This document shows positions 17,843-27,643 of a stretch of DNA of 64,000 bases, in pieces (the first letter of the stretch is position 1; each line of letters begins with the position of its first letter). The translations under genes were made by a program, and so were the position numbers. Origin of the DNA: Candidatus Poribacteria bacterium (GTDB lineage Bacteria; Poribacteria; WGA-4E; WGA-3G); contig OZ242029.1 of NCBI GenBank assembly GCA_965205015.1, positions 1,696,001-1,760,000 on the forward strand, given 5' to 3'. The notes beneath the pieces are model-generated. The model had not been told where the DNA came from and searched no databases. It saw only the letters and a list, made by a program, of their open reading frames with translations.

Positions 17843-19196
17843 TCATTTTCTCCATTAAGTAGGTATCAATATGTTCAAGCCGAGTAGCCGCGTGCTCGGA
17901 GATCCAATCAATTTCATCCCTGATTATCAAAATACGGTTACAGCGTTTCTTGATTTCAGAGAAACGCTCCCATATTTTCTCTGCGTTTTCAGGTATACTC
18001 AGGTCTTCAGGTTTACAATTAAGGCGGGCAAAAACACCGGTTCCATTATCTCCGAACAGATGCTTGAGAATTTTTACTTCTTCAGGATCGATCCCTTGGT
18101 CCTGCTCGTGCCTTTTAAGGGCATCCAGACACTTGAGGTCTTCACGAAAACTCTCACAACTGTCTCTTATATCTTTTGGGAGTTGGAAGAAGTCCTCAAT
18201 AAATGCTGCCGTCCGGGTATGCCAATCCGTAAGACCTTCATTAATTTCCTTCAGATGATGCTCGGCAGAAATGAATAGGGCCAAATACGGAGAAACTTGT
18301 TGGATTTGAGGACGAATGTCCGATTCTAACATCTCATGAAATTTTTCTTCCAGGGAGTCAAGAGCTGCTTTTATTTGTTTATCCATATTGGATTGTGAGC
18401 GATAAATGAAGTCCTTAATGTCCTGCTTTGACGCTTCCAAGTGATTGTCTAAATCCGAACGAAACCTTTCGTTCCCAATTGACCCCAGTTTTGCTACGAT
18501 GTCAGGTATGATTTTGTTGCTAATTTTTTTCACATCCCGAAAAATGTCATCCGTCTCATCACTTTTGGCGATGTAATTCAACTCTTCACGGAACGTTTTC
18601 TGTAGGTTCTGTAAGTCTATCTCTTTGGAATATACATCTGGAAGTCCTTCTGGTTGGTCCATTTGGGTATCGGCCTCAAGGTGTACATCTTGCCCCATGA
18701 TCCGAGCGAGATCGGGATCTGCTTTCATCCGTGCAACGAAACTGCTGTCTTCTTTCCAGACTTTCATTTGATCTCTAAGGGTCGAACCTATTTTCCGCAT
18801 GCAATTCTGTTCTGTAGGATTCATGTCGAACGAATGACTACCTAATGTGTATAGACACAACGTATTCAAAGCATCAATGAGGTAAACGAGAGGCTGCTCC
18901 GAAGCGGTAAGCAAGTTTCTGGCTCTGAGTCGCTGGATGAGAGCATCGATGCTTTCGCTGTGCTTTGCTACATTTTCGGAGATTTTGTGCCAATCGGCGA
19001 TGAGATCCCCACACGGAGGTTCCTCGCCTGTGAGTGCCTCCACTAATTTATTCAGATTTTCTTCCCCTTTATGTATATATATACAGGCTCGTATTGTGGG
19101 AGCCCAAACGGGAAGGGAACGGGCACACTCACGAAGCCTGGCCCTAAAGGTTTTGTACTCAAAAATTACAAGATCGTTGTTTTCGTTCGACATCAT
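17835..19196 (-). CDS. IniC-like dynamin helical protein lacking a recognisable GTPase domain
   Basis: The C-terminus EDLKCLDALKR...EEVKILKHLFGDNGTGVFARLN resembles the ELRLL..LR...LLG..G.....RLG tail of IniC-type dynamins (recalled pattern). No P-loop seen. Confidence 0.5.
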   Translation of the reverse strand: MMSNENNDLVIFEYKTFRARLRECARSLPVWAPTIRACIYIHKGEENLNKLVEALTGEEPPCGDLIADWHKISENVAKHSESIDALIQRLRARNLLTASEQPLVYLIDALNTLCLYTLGSHSFDMNPTEQNCMRKIGSTLRDQMKVWKEDSSFVARMKADPDLARIMGQDVHLEADTQMDQPEGLPDVYSKEIDLQNLQKTFREELNYIAKSDETDDIFRDVKKISNKIIPDIVAKLGSIGNERFRSDLDNHLEASKQDIKDFIYRSQSNMDKQIKAALDSLEEKFHEMLESDIRPQIQQVSPYLALFISAEHHLKEINEGLTDWHTRTAAFIEDFFQLPKDIRDSCESFREDLKCLDALKRHEQDQGIDPEEVKILKHLFGDNGTGVFARLNCKPEDLSIPENAEKIWERFSEIKKRCNRILIIRDEIDWISEHAATRLEHIDTYLMEKMNA

Positions 19197-19201
19197 TCAC
19201 C

Positions 19202-20929
19202 TCACGGATGTACAGAAGGGATCGCTTGCATACTTACGGACGCTATTGACGTGCGATTTTCGCTAATTTTTTCTAATAGAGAATCCTCGGTAATTGCCTT
19301 GATTGTCGGATAAAAGTTATTTAGGGTTACCCGCTTTCGCTCAGCTTTGCGAATCTCTTTAAAGATATCTTGCAAAGCATCTTGAGAGAAATGTATAATC
19401 TCCTCACAGTCCATTCTTATTGTCTGTGCTATATAGTAATTGAACGGTCTCATATTTTTTTCACTTTCAGCAAGCATCTCGTTCTGTTGCTGCTTTTTCC
19501 GATCTTCGGAACTAGCCCACGTGTTCACAGCTATGATCACAGCAGCAATAGTAATACCAGCAACAATTGCCCATCCAACCGGATTTGATGCTAGGCCTGC
19601 TATTGCGGCACCTATGAAGTAACCTGGAAGGATTCCAGAGGGGAGTATTCGTAGGTATTGACTTATTGCGTTTGTCCTAAAAAGATACAAACTAAAGTCA
19701 CTCATTACTTGGAGTTCTATTTTTCGATTCAAAGGAATAGGCGACCTATAAGAGATGCCACCAAATTCAGAGATTCTCTCACTCAATTCGCGGCTGATGT
19801 CCCGAAGATATTTCGCTATTATATCCTCCAAATATCTCGTCCAGTCTTCAAGGAGTTCCTTTGTGTTGGATTCAAGCAGTCTGGATACGTCTGATTCTGT
19901 TTTAATTTTACCTTCAGAAAGCAGCTGAGCGATTCGTTTCATCTCAGCGCGAATATCACTGGAATAATTTGCTTCAATAGGAAAGTCTCGAACGATTTCG
20001 TCAATAAACCTTTTGTTAATCCGATCAACTGCCTTGGTCGTTTGATTTTCAATCTCCTGTAGATCACGCTGAAATCTGTCGAGTGTGGTAAGCGACTCTA
20101 AATACCCTTCTACTCTCGTTTCAAATTGCCGGTAATATTGAAGCATGTAGTTTCGGATTTTCCGGAGCAGCAAGCCACGCCATTTTTCAGAAGTATCCAC
20201 AGCGAAGTACCGGGCGATCTCCCTACTTTTGGGTGATGAAAGGTAAGGAATATCCAATTTTTTCTTAACAGCCAATATATCAGCAATCGTGTTTAAATTA
20301 TCGAGAGTATCTTCTTTGTCTCCCTGTCCTTTCGCGCCTTGCACGAGAAAGAGAAAATCGCTGTCAACCAGATACTTGATTTCATTTAAACACCTTTTTT
20401 CGGCCTGATTTATCTTATTCCCGGAAATTAAAAAAACGACCGCCTCTGTGTGCCATTCTCCCATACCCATAATCTGATTGACATCACGCCAGTTGCTAAA
20501 GCTCGGTGTGTTAAGGAAGACGAACCGGATGCCATCTGCTTTCTCGCGATAAGCGTAGTACTCAATGCCTGATGCAACTCCAAGAAAATTTTCAACTTGA
20601 AGGGGGACAGCCTGCGGGAAAGCATCCTCAATGAATTTGCGTTTTTCGGAGGCAGAGGCCTCACCGACGACGGTAATCCGGATGCCCTTCCTATAAACAT
20701 CTTCTAAAGTTTCTGCACTTTCGGTGGGATGCCTGCAGTAGCGCAGGCGGTGTTCCAAGTCGCTGATTATTTCGTACGCTTCAAATTCTCGAAGGTCTCG
20801 AGCAATGTCACGAAAATTATCAAAGTGATCTAACCAAAAAGATTGACCTGAACCATCCTGTTTTTCATCCATGTCTATTCCCTTCTGTTGCAAGAGTGGA
20901 CCGACTCTCCCTCTATCCATAACATCCAC
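19202..20929 (-). CDS. IniA-like dynamin with a degenerate GTPase site
   Basis: IRITVVGEASASEKRKFI (corrupted G1), FVFLNTPSF (corrupted G3 DTPG), AVVFLI...AEKRCL, helical trunk, TM paddle GAAIAGLASNPVGWAIVAGITIAAV. Confidence 0.65.
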   Translation of the reverse strand: MDVMDRGRVGPLLQQKGIDMDEKQDGSGQSFWLDHFDNFRDIARDLREFEAYEIISDLEHRLRYCRHPTESAETLEDVYRKGIRITVVGEASASEKRKFIEDAFPQAVPLQVENFLGVASGIEYYAYREKADGIRFVFLNTPSFSNWRDVNQIMGMGEWHTEAVVFLISGNKINQAEKRCLNEIKYLVDSDFLFLVQGAKGQGDKEDTLDNLNTIADILAVKKKLDIPYLSSPKSREIARYFAVDTSEKWRGLLLRKIRNYMLQYYRQFETRVEGYLESLTTLDRFQRDLQEIENQTTKAVDRINKRFIDEIVRDFPIEANYSSDIRAEMKRIAQLLSEGKIKTESDVSRLLESNTKELLEDWTRYLEDIIAKYLRDISRELSERISEFGGISYRSPIPLNRKIELQVMSDFSLYLFRTNAISQYLRILPSGILPGYFIGAAIAGLASNPVGWAIVAGITIAAVIIAVNTWASSEDRKKQQQNEMLAESEKNMRPFNYYIAQTIRMDCEEIIHFSQDALQDIFKEIRKAERKRVTLNNFYPTIKAITEDSLLEKISENRTSIASVSMQAIPSVHP

Positions 20930-21019
20930 AGTAGATAGAATAGATGAAGAGTCGGAAGATTTTTCAGTCAGCGTTGTTCTGTTCAGAAACAGGAAACGCT
21001 TTGCGTAAACGATAGAGAC

Positions 21020-22750
21020 TTAGGAGCCTGAGACATCTGCGTCTCCATCATTCTGACCCTCAACACCAGGCGACACCCGGGAGGCGGAATTCGCATTGTT
21101 GTCTGGGACATACCCCGCGGATGGGACTTCAGCGGTGGACTCCGATATTTCCTCTACATTATTCTTAGATGGGTTGCCTTCATCGGATTTAGCACTCAGG
21201 GCATTGTTCAGAGTCGCATCGGTCATGGCACCCTCAGATCCATCTACCCTATCAGTTTCATCCGGTTCGCTTTCGCTCTCTGGAGGTGAATACGCATTAA
21301 ACAGGCGGGTGAGTTCCACGTCATCTTCACCCAATTCACCTCCCATGGAGGTTTGCGAAATATCACCCGTTGCTGGGGTGCTTTCGGAAACTTCTGCATT
21401 CGGTTCTTCACGCGCCGTGCTCGGGGGACTCTCCCGGGTAAATATCACCTCTTGGCCTCTCATAGCTTCCTGAAATTGCTCAAGATCATACGCTATGTGG
21501 TTACCGTTGGGTCTCCCGAGATTATCTCGGACACCGGTATCAATTACGGTAACTGTGCCTTTCTCCCAGTCTATATCCACGAGCTGAACCACGTGACCGC
21601 CTTCCTGACCATCCCATGGCGCAAGGGGTTTCACGTTCAAGCCGACCATCACTAGCTTACCTTCGGCAAGTTTCGCCGCAGCACCTTCAAGGGTAGCATC
21701 GTAGTCGATATCGACCGGAATCCCCAGATCTTCCAGTGTGAGCGTCAATTGTAAAGGATACGTACCAATGGGTGTGTAGGGACAGTACTTCGCAACAATC
21801 AAGTCTACACACTTACCATATAACAAGTCTATGGATGGCAATCTTCCCTCAAGGAGTGCGTGTAGCGTGATAACACCCTCCGGAGCATGTCTCCCGAATT
21901 GGGCAGCGATAACTTTTGAAAGTGCCTGCACACAATTATCACCCAAATCCTGAGGATCGAAAGCTTCACGCGGTGTGTGGGGGGGACCAGGCGTGACTTC
22001 TTGTTTAAGGGCTTCTATAATATCGTGAGGGTCAAGATCAAATTCCCGAATCTTAGAGACGATCTCACGGATTTCTGCAGCGTTGGTTCCATCTGAAACC
22101 GCGTCTATAATCTCACGTATGATTGAGTCATCGCTAACAGCACCAGAAGCACTGTTGGAAATGCTGCTTTCAGCGGAAACATTAGCAGCATCTAACTCGC
22201 GGAACTGATCGAAGATACGTTCAACTGCGGCTAATTCGTCTGTGAGGCTCCTATCAACTTCGGCTAATTGTTCAGAGTAACCATTGACATATTGCTGGAC
22301 CTTAGTTTGGATTTCCTCATCCGTGAGACCTTCAAGATTCCAAAAGGATGCCGGATCCTCGCGAAAGAGACCAGCATTAGATTCAGCGAAGCTAGGCAAA
22401 TCGGATGAGAATGCCTCGATTTCCTGGAATTCGGAGAGGATTTCCTTTAAGTCCTCGGACACGTTGGCAGTATCGATCCGATCCGACAGATAATTTTCCC
22501 AGTAATTCTCTTGGCGAACATCAACATCAGACCTCATCAAATCAAGCAAGGACTTCTTATCTTCTGTCCCGTTCAATTCGATCCGCCTTGACAGCCGTTC
22601 CATCTCACTTTTAACGAGTGCCTCTACCTCTGTAGGCAATAGATTCGGATGGAACTTCTCGACGAATTGCTTGAACTCTTCATTACGCGACAAATGCTTA
22701 GACAGTATGATCGCTCCACGATGCACAAGACGTGCAGTTACTGCGTTCAT
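21020..22750 (-). CDS. C39-like cysteine peptidase with acidic N- and C-terminal extensions
   Basis: PQDLGDN-C-VQAL, GG-H-VVQL, VI-D-TG; homologous to 2355..3626 (EGVITLHALLEG vs EAALTIRALIDG; LEDLGIPV vs LERFGIPT). Confidence 0.7.
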   Translation of the reverse strand: MNAVTARLVHRGAIILSKHLSRNEEFKQFVEKFHPNLLPTEVEALVKSEMERLSRRIELNGTEDKKSLLDLMRSDVDVRQENYWENYLSDRIDTANVSEDLKEILSEFQEIEAFSSDLPSFAESNAGLFREDPASFWNLEGLTDEEIQTKVQQYVNGYSEQLAEVDRSLTDELAAVERIFDQFRELDAANVSAESSISNSASGAVSDDSIIREIIDAVSDGTNAAEIREIVSKIREFDLDPHDIIEALKQEVTPGPPHTPREAFDPQDLGDNCVQALSKVIAAQFGRHAPEGVITLHALLEGRLPSIDLLYGKCVDLIVAKYCPYTPIGTYPLQLTLTLEDLGIPVDIDYDATLEGAAAKLAEGKLVMVGLNVKPLAPWDGQEGGHVVQLVDIDWEKGTVTVIDTGVRDNLGRPNGNHIAYDLEQFQEAMRGQEVIFTRESPPSTAREEPNAEVSESTPATGDISQTSMGGELGEDDVELTRLFNAYSPPESESEPDETDRVDGSEGAMTDATLNNALSAKSDEGNPSKNNVEEISESTAEVPSAGYVPDNNANSASRVSPGVEGQNDGDADVSGS

Positions 22751-22924
22751 TTTTACGCCTCCCTTTGACGGGTATCAAGGTATTTATATACCTGCTAAAA
22801 CCCATCGTGATAAAGAGATACCCAAAACGGGTTCGTTTAGTATACCGGTTTTTAAATTTAATGTCAAAAAAATGCTAATATCTTCTCATTTACCACCATT
22901 CTAACAGTGAACTCTCTGAATAAT

Positions 22925-23185
22925 TTACTCGGAACGTTGGGAGAGTTTGGTAGCCGCGCAGAGAAGTCCGCACACAGCGACGCCTCCTACAATACCGAGA
23001 CCAATCGGACCCAGTCCGGTCGCCGCAACTAACGCACCCGCTTTCCCAAAGACCGCCCCTATGCCGCCACCGATACCGGCTCCTGTGGCAGTTAAACCCA
23101 CACCCACATTGGCAGCAGTGGCCCCAGTAGCGGCAATCCCTGCCCCGGCTTTTGTTCCAAAACATGCTGAAGCACGATAACTCAT
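22925..23185 (-). CDS. Small Gly/Ala-rich glycine-zipper membrane protein
   Basis: AGGAGG RBS; GAGIGGGIGAVFG...TGLGPIGLGIVGGVAVCG. Confidence 0.7.
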   Translation of the reverse strand: MSYRASACFGTKAGAGIAATGATAANVGVGLTATGAGIGGGIGAVFGKAGALVAATGLGPIGLGIVGGVAVCGLLCAATKLSQRSE

Positions 23186-23437
23186 TTCTTTCTAACCTCC
23201 TATTTTGGGCATTCGCAATAAATGGCTCTCCGACGGTTCCATTTTCATAAATTGTCCAAATTTGATACGACTTACGCGGGGTGCTCTTTTGTAACATAAC
23301 CTGTTAGATTGTACCACAGATCACCTATGTTTTTTATACGATCCCTTTCTCATCACACGGGCGATGCTCAAAATTGCGTAAGTCCTACTTGAGTATTTCT
23401 TTAATATTTAAAAGTTGACCGAATTCAATGCGGCCAT

Positions 23438-23868
23438 GCAAACCTGATTTTTATCTCGATATCTGCAATTGGGACGATTTAAGCGCAGAATACCGCAGTG
23501 GAGATGGAGGTGGCGGGACTCGAACCCGCGTCCGAAGATATTTCAATAGAGGTGTCTACATGCTTATCACAGGTTTCAGATTCGCCTATCAGACTCCCCT
23601 GTGCGGGATTTGTAAAGAATAGACTATCTCAAAAGGTGTTTCACAGCACGCCCCTTGAGAATGGGCGAACGGCTAGCCTGTATGGTAACGCATACGCTTT
23701 CCTGACAGGCGAGAGGATTAAGAAGCGAATGCGATTTTTGAGTGTTGTTTGAATGTTCCGCCTATTTAACGAGGCCTGCGGAGACCTCGGCATGCAACCT
23801 ATATCTTATTACCTTCGTCGAAACCTTAACACCCCCGGATTGTAATTTCAGCCGTATCACTTAGTTAT
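23438..23868. repeat. Tandem duplication core, copy 1 (tmRNA plus flanks; similarity continues into the PcfJ-like 3' end)
   Basis: Near-identical to 25368..25798 at an offset of 1930 bp. Confidence 0.9.
23505..23836 (-). ncRNA. ssrA: tmRNA, copy 1
   Basis: 5' GGGGGTGTTAAGGTTTCGAC; 3' GACGCGGGTTCGAGTCCCGCCACCTCCA; acceptor stem with a G3-U pair; PK1 CCGAGG..CTCG/TCCGC..GCGGA; tag frame ending KIAFAS*. Confidence 0.93.
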
Positions 23869-25273
23869 TATAATCAGTTCTTATATATGAGGGGATCCTG
23901 AGGTTTTCCTTCGCTGCCCATCTTTCTAAAATACTTTTCTCTTCCTGGGTTGGAAACCGGTTGAATCTGCCACGGACTTGCGTGATCCGTCTTGAGGGAA
24001 GTTCCACCTCAATTGTCACAGCTTTTTTCCAAACGGTTTCTCCTTCGTCTTTAATCGCCATTGCCCACATGGATATCTCGCCTGCTATACAGAAGGACAA
24101 GTAAGTTGAAGCGCAATGCCCCATCGCTTTCCCTTCGGCATAAAGTTCCTTCTTGTTGGTCAGTTCCATAATATCCCAGATGCGATGCTCTTGTTGGAAA
24201 CGAAATCCGCCGATACCTGAACCTGCCCATCTACCCGGGGTCCCTTTCTTTTCTTTTTTTTCTCCTGCTCTATGAAGTTCTTGATACCATGCTTCAACTT
24301 GGCGGAGTAAAGTCTCAGGCGTTCTACCGTTCATGCTGAAGTTGGGACGTGCTGGGGGTTGACCAATGTATTTTTGGTGCTGAATGTAATCAATAATCGG
24401 ATTGGCATGACGGGGGTTCAACATCGGGTTGAGAAGAAAAAAGCGAATGACACTGATCCAGAAATCATCTTCGACGAACCAAAAGTCCCGAGGGTTGGTA
24501 TCGTGGGTGTTAAGAGCGCGAACCAGGTATGTTCCCCGAAGTGCTTCCGCCAACTGTCTGTTGCCACCGAGGGCGTGGACTTGTCCCCACCGGAGTGCCT
24601 CGGCAACGGTGTAATCTTCGGGAGCTGTCAGAAAGTGGTGCGCCATCTTTTTGGTGAGCATGAAAGGCAATCCGGATGCGGTTCGGATATTCCTGCCCCC
24701 ACCGATGTGTTTAAACCAGTTCTGATGTGTTGGGTTTCCATCAAGCCACACACTATCCATAAAGCGCGGAACATCATAAGCGGCAAACAAGTGGCGAGTG
24801 AGTTTGGAAAACTGTTCACCTCGGTCATCCGTTTCGGCATGCCACGTTTCAAGGGGGCGAATCCAACTGCCGTTATCTTCCGCAAGGGCGATGAGTCCCT
24901 GAATATAGGTGGTATCTTCTAACAACTCAGACTTATGGGCGATATCCACCAAGAATTCCAAAAGATCGTCGGCGGGCTCGCTCTCCTCAAATGCCCGCGT
25001 GACAGCTACATAGACGCGATAGTCTAATGTTGGCATTCCTAAACGCGCAAGGTTTTCGGTGTGGAGGTGTGTCTCGCCCTCCGCAAATCCGATCTCTCTG
25101 GATTTTCTGCGGCGTTGCCTACTCACTTTCTTTTTGTTGTAGCGACGTCTCTCTGGGCTAGTGAAATCATCCGATCCTCCGGGCTTACCATTCGCAAGTC
25201 CATAGTGACCGTAGTCCTTAATAAACCGGCGATGATTACCACCCCGGCGGCCATCTTTCTTAGAGCGTGACAT
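23861..25273 (-). CDS. PcfJ-like domain protein with a basic N-terminal tail
   Basis: HLFAAYDVPRFMD, LTKKMAHHF, ALRWGQVHALGG, IIDYI, FSMNGRT, ELYAEGKAMGHCASTY, TIEV...QVRGRFNR. Confidence 0.8.
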   Translation of the reverse strand: MSRSKKDGRRGGNHRRFIKDYGHYGLANGKPGGSDDFTSPERRRYNKKKVSRQRRRKSREIGFAEGETHLHTENLARLGMPTLDYRVYVAVTRAFEESEPADDLLEFLVDIAHKSELLEDTTYIQGLIALAEDNGSWIRPLETWHAETDDRGEQFSKLTRHLFAAYDVPRFMDSVWLDGNPTHQNWFKHIGGGRNIRTASGLPFMLTKKMAHHFLTAPEDYTVAEALRWGQVHALGGNRQLAEALRGTYLVRALNTHDTNPRDFWFVEDDFWISVIRFFLLNPMLNPRHANPIIDYIQHQKYIGQPPARPNFSMNGRTPETLLRQVEAWYQELHRAGEKKEKKGTPGRWAGSGIGGFRFQQEHRIWDIMELTNKKELYAEGKAMGHCASTYLSFCIAGEISMWAMAIKDEGETVWKKAVTIEVELPSRRITQVRGRFNRFPTQEEKSILERWAAKENLRIPSYIRTDYNN

Positions 25274-25367
25274 AAAATCCTCCTCAATGCTTAAGCATTA
25301 CTCAGATTTGGGCAATTGTTGTAAGAATTGCAGAATAAGGATTAACCGAATCCATGCGGCCAAAATT

Positions 25368-25798
25368 GCAAACCTGATTTTTATCTCGATATCTGCAATT
25401 GGGACGATTTAAGCGCAGAATACCGCAGTGGAGATGGAGGTGGCGGGACTCGAACCCGCGTCCGAAGATATTTCAATAGAGGTGTCTACATGCTTATCAC
25501 AGGTTTCAGATTCGCCTATCAGACTCCCCTGTGCGGGATTTGTAAAGAATAGACTATCTCAAAAGGTGTTTCACAGCACGCCCCTTGAGAATGGGCGAAC
25601 GGCTAGCCTGTATGGTAACGCATACGCTTCCCTGACAGGCGACAGGATTAAGAAGCGAATGCGATTTTTGAGTGTTGTTTGAATGTTCCGCCTATTTAAC
25701 GAGGCCTGCGGAGACCTCGGCATGCAACCTATATCTTATTACCTTCGTCGAAACCTTAACACCCCCGGATTGTAATTTCAGCCGTATCACTTAGTTAT
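25368..25798. repeat. Tandem duplication core, copy 2
   Basis: Near-identical to 23438..23868. Confidence 0.9.
25435..25766 (-). ncRNA. ssrA: tmRNA, copy 2
   Basis: Same as copy 1 apart from two substitutions seen (GCTTT/GCTTC and GAGAGG/GACAGG on the + strand). Confidence 0.93.
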
Positions 25799-27168
25799 TG
25801 ACAATCAATTCTTATATATGAGGGAATCTCGAGGTTTTCCTTCGCTGCCCATCTTTCTAAAATACTTTTCTCTTCCTGGGTTGGAAGCCGGTTGGATCTG
25901 CCACGGACCTCCGTGATTTGTCTTGAGCGAGGATCCACCGCGATTGTCACAGCTTTTTTCCAAACGGTTTCTCCTTCGTCTTTAATCGCCATTGCCCAAA
26001 TGGATGTCTCGCCAGACATGCATAATCTCAAGTAAGTTCGAACGCAATGCCTCATATCCTTCCCTTCGGTATAGAGTTCGGCCTCGTTGGTGAGTTCCAT
26101 AATATCCCAAGTACGACTCCCTTGTTGGAAGCGGAATGCCCCGATCCCTGCACCTTTCCATCTACACCGCCTCATTTCTTTTTCGGCTGGTCGATAAAGT
26201 TCTTGATGCCATGCTTCCACCTCTCGGAGTAAAGCCTCAGGCGTTCTCCCTTTCATACTGAAGTTGGGGTGGGCAGGCTCGATATTCCTTTGCGGATCCC
26301 CGTATTTCTGGTGCCGAATGTAATCAATAATCGGACTGATGTGACGGGTATTCAACCTCGGGTTCTGAATAAAAAAGCGAATCACACTGATCCAGAAATC
26401 ATCTTCGACGAACCAAAAGTCCCGAGGGTCGGTATCGTTGGTGTCAAGAGCGCTGACAAGGTATGTTCCGCGAAGGGCTTCCGCCAAATGTCTGTTCCCC
26501 CCGAGCGCATGGACTTGTCCCCAACGGAGTGCCTCGTTAATGGTGTAATCTTCGGGCGCTGTCAGAAAGTGGTGTGCCATCTTTTTGGTGAGCACGAAAG
26601 GCAACCCGGCTGCCGTTCGAATGTTTTGACCGGCAGCGATATGTTTGAACCAACGCAGATGGACTGGGTTTCTATGAAACCCCACCCTATCCCTGTAGTA
26701 AAACCACGCCTTATCCATGAAGCGCGGTACGTCATAAGCAGCGAGCAGGTGTCGAAAAAGTTCGGAAAATTGATTGTGTCGGAAATGCGTTTCGACACAC
26801 CACGTTTCAATTGGGCGAATCCAACTCTCCTTGTCTTCGACGAGGTCGAAGATTCCCCAAATCCAACCCGCCCCGGAGTCATCGAAGTCGAAGATGTCCG
26901 TATAATATGTTAACAAGTAAGACTTATCGGCGATATTCTCCAGGAATTTCGAAAGGAACTCGACCGGGACGCGCTTGAGGGCACGCGTGATGTGTCCATG
27001 GAACCCCCATTCATAGAGGAACGATAATTCATCGGACTGGAAATGTTTCTCGACTGCCTCAAATTCAATTTGTTTTGATGTTCTGCGGCGGTCCCCGATC
27101 GCTTTCCTTTTCAGATTCAAAGATTTGTGTCCACCGCCACGGCGTCCGTCTTTTCTGGAGCGTGCCAT
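25795..27168 (-). CDS. PcfJ-like domain protein, paralog 2
   Basis: Same motifs as 23861 (ELYTEGKDMRHCVRTY, EVRGRSNR); N-terminus MARSRKDGRRGGGHK. Confidence 0.8.
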   Translation of the reverse strand: MARSRKDGRRGGGHKSLNLKRKAIGDRRRTSKQIEFEAVEKHFQSDELSFLYEWGFHGHITRALKRVPVEFLSKFLENIADKSYLLTYYTDIFDFDDSGAGWIWGIFDLVEDKESWIRPIETWCVETHFRHNQFSELFRHLLAAYDVPRFMDKAWFYYRDRVGFHRNPVHLRWFKHIAAGQNIRTAAGLPFVLTKKMAHHFLTAPEDYTINEALRWGQVHALGGNRHLAEALRGTYLVSALDTNDTDPRDFWFVEDDFWISVIRFFIQNPRLNTRHISPIIDYIRHQKYGDPQRNIEPAHPNFSMKGRTPEALLREVEAWHQELYRPAEKEMRRCRWKGAGIGAFRFQQGSRTWDIMELTNEAELYTEGKDMRHCVRTYLRLCMSGETSIWAMAIKDEGETVWKKAVTIAVDPRSRQITEVRGRSNRLPTQEEKSILERWAAKENLEIPSYIRIDCQ

Positions 27169-27643
27169 AAAAACTTCCTCTTTTTAATCTCGTGAGACAT
27201 CTAGGTCAGGATTAAATTTTCATCTCGGATAATGTTTTGAATTTTGGTTCTCCTGGTTATATAGTATTCAGACAGTCTTTTAGACGATGCATATTGTTTG
27301 TAAATACGGAATAACACTTTGGTATCATCTTGAATCTCTTTTCTGATTCGTTTAATGTATAAGACGGAATGCCAGTCAGATTCCATCGCGAAAAATGAAG
27401 GAAGCCGCATAAATCCTGATTATGAATATATAATTAGGTAGCAAATTACGTGCCAACACTAAAGAAATCCTAAAATCACTGGATACCTATATCCGGTGAT
27501 TCAGGGGATGCTTTTCAACTCATCCCAAGTTACTTCCAAGTTGTTCATTGTGGTCATCCGTGTTGATGGATCAGTTCTCGGGGGTGGCACTGCTACGACC
27601 CTTATTTTACACGTCTTTCCAAAATGTATATGTTGGTAGGGAC

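Noticed and set aside
22890-23297. Cys-rich 135-aa ORF resembling a RiPP precursor or metallothionein
   Set aside because: It is an alternative frame of the Gly/Ala-rich gene 22925..23185, which has the RBS.
23430-23505. Prophage or ICE attachment site at the ssrA 3' end
   Set aside because: No integrase, phage genes or displaced ssrA 3' fragment were found in the window, so it cannot be supported.
23498-23752. 84-aa ORF MEMEVAGLEPAS (and its copy at 25428..25682)
   Set aside because: It is the antisense reading of the tmRNA T-arm and acceptor stem.
27201-27410. 69-aa AT-rich ORF upstream of the PcfJ-like gene
   Set aside because: No recognisable motif or RBS; insufficient support.
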